Shown here piece after piece: positions 24,956 through 36,900 of a stretch of 64,000 bases of DNA (its first letter is position 1; every line of letters begins with the position of its first letter). Origin of the DNA: Tubulanus polymorphus. Lineage: Eukaryota; Animalia; Nemertea. The DNA lies in contig NC_134029.1 in the NCBI RefSeq assembly GCF_964204645.1, forward strand, positions 21,074,950 to 21,138,949, read 5' to 3'. Made by a program: the position numbers and the translations under genes. The notes below the pieces were generated by a model. The model did not search any database. It was not told the origin of the DNA and worked only from the letters and a program-made list of their open reading frames with translations.

Positions 24956-26760
24956 AAACGTGTGTGAAGAGAGAAGTATGATCTATATCTCTTGACAATC
25001 TGAAATATGAAAAACATTCCGGGCCACGGCTGCAGACAGTCAAATTGGAACATTGAACTATGAACGAGTGGGAATGCCGACAAAACATTAGCCTTTGCGA
25101 TCTTTGAAATTTCTCGGCGCCTTCGCAGTTATTGAAAGACAATTACATTCTCAATTTTCAACACTTTTCACTGCGAGCATCAAGGATAGCCTTTCGATCA
25201 TTTGGTCAAGTTGTGAAACTTTACCGAATAATGAAAAATGCTTATTTAAAAGAGGTGGGACCTGCAACCAGGCTAGAAAATCTATTGTTAATTAATGAAT
25301 AAAAACGGTTTATTGCTAACGGTGACACAAACAGGCATTTCCATAGTTGAGACTGAAGTCCAAAAGTGGTCTTGAATCTTAAGATTTAGTCTGTTATATT
25401 GGCTATAGAACTAAGTTGATCTTACACTTGTTTTAAGTCTAAGCCATGACTATGGAACCAGTCCAAGATTACTAGCGTGGAGTTGGCATTCCTATTTGCT
25501 TTTAGATCTATGAATTGAGAGTAGTTAGTAGTAATATGAAGGTGCTGCCATCTTGTGTACGTAGATTCAAACATGTGAAATATGCTAAAAACATTTTCAA
25601 TCTCTCACTCGTGATTAGCGTGCGTTGTACTGAGTTGAACGGGTAAAGAGTTGTGGCTTTTAGATACCTAAACGTTTGTACGTGCATGAAGTGGTTCATA
25701 AATGAGTCGTTCGTGGTTCATTGAAAACGTTTTCCAACTTCCTCGTGTGCACCTAGTACAAATATTCGAAGCATTGAATGATCAACGCTGTTGTAGAAAT
25801 ACAGCACTTTTTGAGATAAGCGATTATACGCATTTGAAGTGGTTAAGATATAATTTAGCTCAACCGGATGTATGCTGTCATGTGCAAGGTTAAACAAGGA
25901 ACTACGTATACTGATAAATGTTCTATGTGCTTGAATCACCGTCCTGTAGTTTTTGGTGCATTGAATGGATGACCAGAATTTGTTGTCGTTAAGAGTAAAA
26001 AAAAAGCATTAATGCCAAATTTATCTTTTTAATAAATGAATACTCCGTCCTTTGTAGAAGAAGTCATTTGTTTTTCCGTCCTTTGTTGGGAATGTAAGTT
26101 TATATCCAGCAGTTGCATGAGATTTTACTAAGGATCTCTCTTTTGTAGAGCCATATCGAAGAACTGTTAAAGTTGTAAAATATTTTTTCGTAAAAATAGA
26201 TTAATCAAATGAATAGAAGTTGTTATGTTTTTATCGAGCTATTATACAGTGTTATATGTAATGTAAAAATAAATACCTGTGATATTTGTTGTGAATTATT
26301 TTCTGAATATGGTATATTACGTGATATATCTATATTTGTTAACTTACGAGTTCAAATAAATGAATGATTTATTTAACAGTATTTGTTGCCGTAAATATTT
26401 GCGTTATGGAATGCATAGGTAGAGGACGATTCACACAGTGAACTGAGGTGAATATTCTTTAAATGGTTGTTAAGATGGCTGGCTTAGCCAGAGATGGTCT
26501 ACAAGAGGAATACAGAAGAATCTGCTTAATTCAGATTATCTGGGACCGACGAAATTCATCTAGTTTATGAGAAATCCGGATTAAATATCATTTTCTTGTT
26601 TCCAACTGAACTGAGTTCAACTGAATTGAAAGAGAGATTACAAAAAGAAAGACAATATTTATCAGAACTACTGTATGTATATTACAAATGTAAAACTTTT
26701 ATAAAATGTTATTTACAAACTGGAAGATACAGGGTTAATGTCATTTACCAACAACTAGGG

Positions 26761-26866
26761 TAGACTCCGCTAAAGTAGGAGCTTTTCTGATACATAGATC
26801 CAATATTGGCCCCGAAATAATTGAACGCTCGTGTGAAAAGGTAGGATCCGACTTTAGCAGAGTCTA
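26761..26866. repeat. Inverted repeat / small MITE downstream of pygopus
   Basis: TAGACTCCGCTAAAGTAGGA ... TCCGACTTTAGCAGAGTCTA (18/20 complementary). Confidence 0.65.
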
Positions 26867-27056
26867 ATAGTCTACATCATTACTACTGACGGATTATAAA
26901 CTTCATTTTACGAGAAGAGGCAAAAGTATATGTATAACAAAGGACATGTATAAAATGATCTGTGCTCGGATCAGCGCCGCGCCAATTTCTATTCAGAAAA
27001 CTTAATCAAAAATTCCCTTCGTTCGAACATAGAAAAACTATCATTAAAATATTTCG

Positions 27057-27404
27057 TCACGGTTTCATTTTAACAAGCGGTATATTCTTCGTTCCGAGAC
27101 ATTTATCGCACACCCATTCTGCGTATACCTCTTGTCTCAACATCTGATACGCCGGTTCGGTGAGTCCTGTGCAAATACGATGAAACCAGAAATTACAACC
27201 GCTTTCGCATAAAATCGCCTGATCGTTATCGTGAACTTCTTTATGACAGATTCCGCACGGGTGGATCGGTGGCGCGTTCGGGTTCGATGGATTGAAGATC
27301 ATTGGTTGATTCGGCGGGTAGATTTTGCCAGTACCAGCACCACCAGGTGGCGGTAATGGAGCTTGCATCTGTTGAGATCGAGGTGGCGGATGGTTGTGCA
27401 TCAT
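27057..27404 (-). CDS. pygo: Pygopus-family PHD-finger protein, short form (115 aa)
   Basis: GKIYPPNQPMIFNPSNPNAPPIHPCGICHKEVHDNDQAILCESGCNFWFHRICTGLTEPAYQMLRQEVYAEWVCDKC is the characteristic Pygopus C-terminal PHD, close to the protostome form. In-frame TAG at 27485-27483 upstream; strong acceptor AGs end at 27483 and 27472. Confidence 0.92.
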   Translation of the reverse strand: MMHNHPPPRSQQMQAPLPPPGGAGTGKIYPPNQPMIFNPSNPNAPPIHPCGICHKEVHDNDQAILCESGCNFWFHRICTGLTEPAYQMLRQEVYAEWVCDKCLGTKNIPLVKMKP

Positions 27405-28257
27405 TCGTTTAAAAAATCCAACAAAAAGATAAGTTCGTGCCTCGTCTGGCCCTAACCTTCCTTTATAAAGACTGGAGAAGAGCTAAAAAAGAAAGAAAAT
27501 TCTCATCGTCTTCATCACTATCATTTGCCTATGCTATGGACTGCAATATGAAATATACTTTCATTAAATGACTTACTTTTAGTTTCTGAAAAGCAGTAAT
27601 TATTCAGTATTTGTATTGTGTATATTATTATGGTATAACAAAGGTATAAATTTGGGCCTCAAATTTGTCAGAAAAAAATTCTCGACGACCTTGAGCTCGG
27701 TTACGACAACACTCGGAAATGAATTGAATTATCAAGGTCGTTGAGCCAAGCAGTGAGTTTTTTACATTTTATCACTTTTAGACGTGTTTATCGTCTTAAA
27801 AATTCTTGACACCATGTCACGATGTGTACAATATGTTTATACAGGATAGGACATTCAGAAAATTGACAAGGCGCGTTAAGATTCTCCCCAAACTGTTTCC
27901 AAATTCACCTCTGAAAATGATGCCGCCTGAGCCCTGAATACATAGCATAGTCTTGGTATATCCTAAAATATTGAAATTGCTCCAATCTCACTGGACTCAT
28001 TGGAATGAGGAAGGCTCGAAAAACAATAAACTTTTTGAATTTTTGAATTATCTTAAGTAGTTTTCAAGATATCACACTTTCTAGTAGATTACTCAAGACT
28101 GGTCATATGGCCGCTAACTAGGCCTACGTACTAGGACTTGGGGCTATGATCGTCACCTGACCTACAGAAATGCACAGAGGCTTACCGTATTTACTTTTGT
28201 TCCATTTGGTACATTTCATTCATATTGATTAGTACACAGTTGGCATTCAATTTCAGA

Positions 28258-31200
28258 ATGAAGAAAATGGACTGCGTCCGTTGGGCGTTTCATTACGGGA
28301 GCTGGTTCCCTACTCAGTCTGAATGGATACGTGCGACTCAATGTGTTCAACCTGAAGAAAAGACACGTATTGCCCGATTTGTCTATAAGAGGGATGCAAA
28401 AGCTGCAATATGTGGCCGACTACTTTTGAGAAAATGTGTCCAGGAAATGCTTCAGATACCATTCGAAGATATTGAAATTAGCAGAACAGAGAAAGGGAAA
28501 CCTGTTTTAACAAATCAACTTCCCGAGAGTTTAGCGAACTTCAGTATGAACATTTCTCATCAGGGAGGATACGCCGTATTAGCTGCTGATAAGCATCGTC
28601 TTATCGGTACGGATGTGATGAAAGTTGAATGGGCCCGAGGTGAAAAGACTGTGCAAAGTTTCTTTCAAACAATGTCCCGCCAGTTCACAACGATGGAATG
28701 GTCATTTATTCGACAACCATCATCGGACTGGGAACAGCTCAGAAGATTTTATCGCCTATGGGTATGTGTTATTTCACCTGCATTCAATAAGGCTAAAATC
28801 GATACTTCCTTTCTCATTTCTGCTGAGATTAATTGATTAAACTATATATATTACTTTTCTTAAAATCATGATCACGCTTACCATGACAAACCTGGCAACT
28901 TTAGAAATGAACTGGAATACCAATTTTATTGCAGTTCACAAAGTGACCCTACTGATAAGGAAAAACAAGGTTTCATTTTTTAGCCTAATCAATTTCATAA
29001 TCAATTATAGACGAATACAAAATTGCAAAAAAAATACATGGTACCTCACAGAATTAGTACAACAATACAATCTCCTGATGGCAGCATAGGTTAGATAGTT
29101 TGGTATAATGACCAAAAAAAAGGAAATTTTAGTTATTGAGATTGGTTAAAGTTTGCGACATGAAATGAGGGGAACCACTCGATGTTGTTTCATTTTTAAT
29201 GCCATTAATACAATACCAACCAATTTTTTCATTACCAAAAGCGCACACTTTCAAAAATCAATTTTGGAATATGTTAGCCTAGATATTATGCAGAGGGTAT
29301 GACGCAATTACTTGAACATGTGTGAATGAATGTCAATGCTTAGTGCTTAGTGCAAATCGATAGATCAACATATCATGAAAATAGGACAAAATGTATTCTG
29401 AAAATAGGGCAAGATGTGTTTACGTTACTTTAAGTAAACAACTGCGAATAATCAGGGCTCATATTATCTGAGAATATGCTGCGGGATTATTTACCCTGGC
29501 CGTCATTCAAGGAAGTATAGTCTCCCTTCGATGTGCATGGAATTTATGCACAGGTTTTGTGTTAAATGCAAAGTATAGAAAATAGAAATTAGAAAACTGT
29601 CATCATTTCGTCGTGCAAAATTTGATTATAACATGATCAACAGCATTCTCGTATTTAGTTGTTGGTAGTTATTAATTTCAATGATTAAAACCCACATTGA
29701 CAATCAAACAGTTTATTCCGATGATCAGTCTACCACTCTTAGGTAATTTTGTAAAAAAAAAATGTGTAATTCCTCTTCTGAAAAGTAAATCGAAAGATAT
29801 CAGTTGTAACCTAATTCTGTCACTGCATTTTGTGGAAATTTACCAGAGATTTCAATAACCTTTGGCTAGATTTTCAAATGGGTCACACTTTTGATAACTT
29901 TATGGGCAAAAACCGGGTTTCAAAATTTAGCAAAAAACCCAAGATTTTTACCTGCCCCATGAATTAATATCATACACAATAAGTCGATGGCTAATAAAAG
30001 TTCTGAAATTTTCATTAATCAACCTTAAATTTTACCTGGTCAAGATATCATAGTAGATTCAATGAATAGTTCTAAGAATTCTGAATGTGTAAAAGAATCT
30101 CTCAAACAACCTCATTTCTATATACTTCAGCTATAATAGACACATCAATATTAGTATTTCTAAAACCTTCTAAAATACAATCTCAATTCATTGGCCGCCC
30201 AAGTGTGTCATATTCGGCTCCCAGCTTCAAAAAGACAATAAGTTAATGATATCTAAATAATTCTACTTTCAGTGTTTGAAGGAAAGTTATGTGAAAGCTT
30301 TAGGAGTTGGAATCGGCTTTGAGCTTCAAAAAATCAATTTTCTGATTCGGACGAGTGAATTGAATACCGAATTTGTAGTACGTGATACTCAAGTTATGGT
30401 CAATGGGATCCTCGAAACTGACTGGATTTTTGAAGAAACGATGCTTGATGATTGCCACTGCGTTGCTGTAGCCATCAGAACCAGGAATAAAGAACAGGTA
30501 GGCCTAATCGTCCAAGGACAGGTTTAATAATTGATTTTGAGTTGATTATTCTGCTGCTCGTGTGGAAACCACAGGTATTATTGTGAACTCGAAATAGGGA
30601 TCGTCTCAATTATTTGATTGGTAGATTTGACTTGACTTGATTTGAATGGTCGGTTGAATATTGATGTAATGTTTGTGTGAATCGAATTCCATAATAAATT
30701 TTTTCAGTTCATTTTATAGTCTATAAATATGATGTTTCCATATTAAACGTTATATATTCAAAGTTGATATTTGGATGACCTTGGTAATTCGGGTCACCTT
30801 GGTTACAAATGATATCACTTGAAAGAACAGCGCAGGCAGTGACATCGCGCTGAGCGTCCAAACTTAGATAGTCCAAAAATCTATCGAAACTTTAACATAT
30901 CCGCATTAAATTGATACTAAAACATACACACGACCGGTATCTTTCATTTGGTACCAAAAACTTGTTAATTCAAAGCACACAAACCGCGCCAAACCGTGAC
31001 AAAGTTTCGCCATTAACCTTGTACGGTATAGATAATATCAGCATTGAAAAATATGCTTATATAAGTGAAGATCAAAGGTTGAATGTGTCATTTCTGAATA
31101 AAATTTTTTCAATGTAAATATACGAAATAGTGAATTAACCCATAAAAAAGATCACAGTTCGAGTATTAGTATTGGCACTACTATCACTTTAATATCAGAA

Positions 31201-32185
31201 TTTGAAAAAAAAGTGTTTTTATCTTTTCGGTTGGTTTTCTTTCATTCATATCATATCATTCATATAAGAAAATTCCAAAAAATGTTTACAAGAAATAATT
31301 TTCAGATAGTTCTGCTTTGCTCTGCAAGGATTTTTATCAAAACAGTCCTAAAAACAATATGTAAACTGAATCCATATCATACTTTTATAAGTCGAATAGC
31401 CTGCTTCCTGATTGCCTGTTGTCTTCTGATATAGTTTGAGATAAATCAATGTGTTCAGCTCTTTACAGCAAATCAGATTGTGTGGCATTTACTGTGTATA
31501 TGGCAATACCGGTATACCACAGAATTATATGAACTATAAATGTGAGGTTATCAACAATACATGTTAATCTATCATCCCTTCTATAACTTTTTTTTTCTCA
31601 TTCACCTATGTTCTCAGGAGAGAATATATTTTGTAAACTTTGATTTTTTAGTCCCATGAAATATGTAATCTTCAATTTTGGTGCCTGATACCTGTGGCAT
31701 TTGAACCATAGCGACTGCAGCGGCGAAAGCCTTGGCAATGATTTACTGAATGACGTTTTTTTTTCTTTCTATAGGGCCTATTATGTTTTTTTATGAAATT
31801 GAAGTTAATTCACGGTTGCAATACTTAATAGAACCTTTCAAAAATCAGCAATTGGCAGCGGCAATCAAAAATTGCTTCCAACATGCCTGAATACAGCATA
31901 ATCACGAGATTAACCAATCAAAGTTCAATGTTCAGCATTTACTACATTATATATACCATTGTAATGTAGATGGTCCTTATTCTCAAACCATGCTTGTCTT
32001 GGCCAATCATAATATTCTCTCAATTTCAGACTGATAATTTGGAAATAGACAAAACATCCAAATTCAAGCATTTGACGTTGCACGATCTAGTGTGGACTGT
32101 GGAACCTATATTCGAACCAGATTTAGAAAATTGGAAACTTTTCGACAGCAAAAATGAAAATCAATTTGTACAGCACAACAGCTGA
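28258..32185 (+). CDS. AASDHPPT: L-aminoadipate-semialdehyde dehydrogenase-phosphopantetheinyl transferase (Sfp-type PPTase)
   Basis: Exons 28258-28761, 30273-30497 and 32030-32185 (all phase 0). Motifs VRWAF, RTEKGKP, NISHQG, IGTDVMK, FYRLW|CLKESYVKALGVGIGF and HCVAVA. Confidence 0.93.
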
Positions 32186-33506
32186 CAAATAAGGCTCTGG
32201 TAGTGAGATGTTGTTTTTTTTACATATATGTGTATATATATTGTATGCGGCAAGTAATTGCCTACTGAAAATAAATAATCATTATATATTCAACAAAAAC
32301 TCTTCAGCTTTTTTCTGTCTGGCTGACTTGGGTATTTTCCTATAGAACAGTGCGCAACAGTAGGCCTACCTTGAGGGAGGAGAATTAGTTCACCCGTTGC
32401 TGTGGAAAGAATGTGGTTCAATATACTTACATATATATTTGTATGATAGACTAGCATGTGAAATAGTCTAACCTAAAATTTACCTGATATATTTGTTTTT
32501 TAGTTTAATTAGATACTTGTCTGGAATACAAATTACATGAAATTAGAATTTCCCAGGGTACAAAAATACCTGCTAAGAATTGAAGTTCCTTGTTCATGTT
32601 TGCAGCAGATTTAATGGCTTAATCATCATTGTGTTGCACCAGGATGAAGGCCAAGCACGCCTTCAATTCTTGGAGCTTCTTAATAAATCTGGATGTTTTA
32701 CGGTACTAGAGTTTTGATTTCCTATTTTAAATGAATGATGTAACTAAATGGAATTTATCAAACAGCCAATTGGTAATCTGAATTGGTGGAAAACTGTGGC
32801 AACCAGCCCTTGAAAAAATAACAGAACTTCTCCCTAATTCCTCTAAGATAAAATTGGAATAGTATTAAACTTTGTGTTTATTGATTGAAAGACTAATTTT
32901 TTCAAATGGAACGCACCTGCGGAAAATATTCAACAGTAAAAAATACTCGATTCCGCCGGTATTTCATTATTATCTCAGGATGCCTGAAATGATTCTCCCT
33001 GTTTTTCAAATTTTCCACTTGTCTTTAAAAATATTTCAAGAAGTTCGCGCATTGATTTTAGAAGTAAACAACTTTATTTTGACCCGTTCTGCGAATTTAT
33101 CAGAATTTATCTGTTTGATGATAAGCTGAAGTTAATTCTAGTTCAGTCCACCGAACTAATCTGGTCATTTTCTTTGATAACTTCGACAGATCACACACGT
33201 GTTATTGAATATATTGCGCTTGAATATTCGCAGGGGTTAGACTACTAGGCTTACAGAGAGAAAGGTGAGGCTTTTCATTGCTCGATTAGCTCAGTGTGTT
33301 ATTAATTTTCTAGTACTGGGTGCAAGTAAAACTCGTTGATTTGAATTTCAAATTTAAGAAATTATATGAAATCTCGATGCCTTAAAATAATTTTAAACTT
33401 CAGACACTTATTTTAGAGGTAGAATAACGATTTTGATATATTGCGTCGTTGTGAATGGGTTAATGAGATAGCGACATTCTTTACGAGAAGGATGCGATCT
33501 GGGTTA

Positions 33507-33889
33507 TGACGTCACTCGTTTGTTCAACCTCTTTCTGACGTTGGTCCAGATCCGCATAAAACGATGAATACATCTCAACCGAAACGTTACTCAAACTTTA
33601 TTCGATTTTTCGGCAAACAAGAACGCATTCAAACTATTCAGGAACGAAAAACAAATTGAGACGGAATAAATAGTTTCTAATAACGTAATTCGAATGAGTA
33701 ATTCGATAGAATTTGCCGAATTCTACGAAGCGCGTTTCGTATGGCATGTTTGCTTGCTCATGAATAAGTAAATACGTTGCGGTGCCCACGTGGTCCTTCC
33801 CCGCGGTAGCGCCAGTAATTTTCCATAGAACGGCCGTCATCGAGTCATTAGTTCACAGTTAGCGCTTATGAAAAGACGTGATATAAATT
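33507..33889 (+). promoter_or_regulatory. Putative SLC6 promoter: CRE, E-box, TATA-like box
   Basis: TGACGTCA at 33507-14, CACGTG near 33787, and TATAAA near 33882, about 45 bp before the ATG at 33929. Confidence 0.4.
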
Positions 33890-33928
33890 ATTTCCTCTCC
33901 AAAAGTCGTCGAAAATCCTTTACGAAAA

Positions 33929-36900
33929 ATGGATAAGAAACAAAAGTCAAAGAGATTATATCCCGGCCTGTCCCTAGATTTGGGAATGGACGAGGTGAGT
34001 TTGATATTATGAGTTATTTTGGAGTGAAATAAAGTTGAAAAGATGTGAAATAATGGTAATTTTTAAGATAAAAAGGACGGCGGATGAAAATGTTAAAATG
34101 GCGCCTTCTGTGTGTGATTCATTGTTAGACTATAAAGAGTTCGTAAAGCTTTCTTTCATGAGTAGAAACTGGCAAAAGGCATGCGAAAAGTTTCTGCTGC
34201 CTTTTGGAGAAATGTGAAGCTTACTAATACTAATGCATTCCAGCTGAAGAAGAAAGGGAGTGAGGGCAGGCTGAAAATACCAAAAGTGTAAAAACCTGAC
34301 AAACAGAATTATTGGTGCCCTGCCAGTTTATTTTATTCAGATAATTTTAAGTTTCTGAAATGTTTATTTTGGGCAAAAATGCGAATCTGTGGTGCCACTT
34401 AAAATGTGTTGTTATTGTGGCTAAACTAGGAGTGCCACATGGCAATTGATAATAAATCATCATGAAAATCAGCGATAAACTTTTTCGACTTTGCTTTTAG
34501 GGCCTAGAGGTTATTTATTACCGAAATGATAAGCCTACTACTATTTTTCCTGTACGAATTTGCTACACATATATTCATGATTGATATGAGATATGAGTGT
34601 ATTTTTCCATTCACTAGAAATCGATGCAGCATATATCATCATGACTCATTCATTCACAAATGCAAATATATCCCAGACAAAAGCGAATCAATTACTAATG
34701 TATGGACGCCTTAAGGACTATTTGGAATCTGAACCACTCTGGTGAGGGTGGATCAAAATTATTAGGTCATTGTTCGGGCTTTGTTTTCGGGCCATGGATT
34801 GAGCTTTTTCTTCTGAATGAAATGATATTTTGTTTGATGTAAATTGGGTTGTCTAAAAGTCAGGCTTTCATTGTCTCTTTAAGAATGGGTTGGATATATA
34901 CACCGAATACAGTGTGGTCACCTTTTGACCATTGTCATTTCCTTGTACATTGAGTCACTTCTAGCGCTTTGTCATTTCTGTAGTAGTCACGAGTTGAACT
35001 AGTCTATGTGGTTGAACTGTTGAAAGTTTAGACTGCTCATGACATATGACATGAAAATTAACTAATATTGGCAAGTTCTATTCTAAACGCTGATACTGAT
35101 ATCATAACTACCCTGCATTGTCTGGCGGAATTTCGTAACATGTTAATTGGTGTCATTATCTATTTTCTAAATGTGCTGTGATTAATTGATGCTGGCAACA
35201 AAATCAAGTAGTCGGTTACACAATAATGTCATTACCGAAATGTGACATAAACTTTCGTCGGCGTTCTTTAGTTGTTGAATAAATGAAATTTTTGCGTTAA
35301 AACTTTTTTTCTGCGGACCAGCATTTTCAACTTATGATTCTCTATTTTTCAGGATCCTAATGATACGAGCATTTTATCGAGTCAAGTTGTGCTAATGGAT
35401 AACAGCCAGAAGAAACCGGTAGGTTCATCAGTCAGATATAGAAGAACTATGCTATTATTTATTTATATTGTTGAGAATTTATTGTCAGCGCAGCTGTGTT
35501 ATTTGTGGGCGAGCTTGTAAAGTAGCTTGAAACAGGCTCATTAAATTATTGTTAGCTAGTACTAAAATATAAAATGTTGTGGCATTACTAAGCGGGAGGA
35601 GGTTATTTCATTATTAATAACCGTGGTCGTTGCGCTACTCGGTGCTTTAAAAATGCGCAATACCTCCATTCACGCATAAAATTCATCGGGGTTAGCAACA
35701 TTGCACGCATGGAATCCTTGTCAGTCAGGTGTGTAACGCGATGTGGTTTTTACGCGATGAATTATTTCAGAAATCGCCGTCGAAATTGATCCCTCAAAGA
35801 TGGCACCGTCCGAGCTTCACGGGGTCTTCGCACAACGACGACAGTTCGACGAACAGCGGCAGCAGCAGCGACGTGTCCGACGAGAATCCGGAGCGAGCGG
35901 GCTGGAGCGGCAAATTGGAGTTTCTGTTGTCGTGTATTAGTTACGCGGTCGGATTGGGAAACATCTGGCGATTTCCGTATCTATGCTACAAGAACGGAGG
36001 AGGTATTTTTACGAGGCTCCGACATATCTCGTCTTTATTTAACGGGGAAGAACTCGCCCGCCGTTGCATAGTTTTAAAAACTAACCGTATGAATTGTTCG
36101 CGTTTCAGGTGCATTCCTCTTTCCGTACTTGATATTCTTGTTCTTGTGCGGTATGCCTCTGTTCTGTCTGGAGGTTAGCTACGGTCAATTCGCAAGTTTG
36201 AGTCCGATTTCCTCGTGGAAGTTCAGTCCATTGTTCAAAGGTAAATTACTGTTCACTAAAAAATAACAGCAGTGATAAAAGTAACTTGTTATTGAAGGAG
36301 TTTCCAAAGTATTTAAAAATATTTTATTTTTAAAATTAAATTCACGAAGACCCTTTTAAAAATGATGACTCTTCACAACAATTTCAAAAATGGTACTTTT
36401 GACTTTCGGTATCCCAAATAATTTTTTAGGACAATTATACGTTATGCCAATATTAATATCTTAGGACTTTTATTTTGTGGATTACCGTTGGACGAAGGCT
36501 GCAGTAAGAAATGTCACTTTTGCCTTGAGGAAGTCCCTTAACTCCAAAAAAAAAAATGCCTGAAAGTGGTGATTTTTACCCGAGCCTTATTTCTATGAAC
36601 TATGCGTGAAATTATCATAGATTATACGACATAAATGATTTAATGAGTGAATTGAAATGTGTTGATTGTAATATAAATGTTATTGAGATTAATCTCAGGT
36701 TTATTATATTTCACACAGGTGTTGGTTATGGTATGGTGATTATATCCGGTATCGTGTGTATTTACTACAACGTGATCATAACGTGGACGTTGTACTACTT
36801 GTACTCGTCGATGACGTCGGTTCTGCCGTGGAGCACGTGCGACAATCCGTGGAACACCGACCGCTGCGCGTTGCGTAAAGCGCCGCCGGCCGTTAACGGC

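Noticed and set aside
27464-27530. Acidic frame ANDSDEDDENFLSFLALLQSL upstream of pygo, possibly an N-terminal remnant
   Set aside because: Out of frame with the PHD ORF, ends in a stop, overlaps the polypyrimidine tract and lacks NPF.
32183-32203. Leaky TGA-C stop context in AASDHPPT
   Set aside because: Readthrough would add only about 6 residues with no targeting motif.
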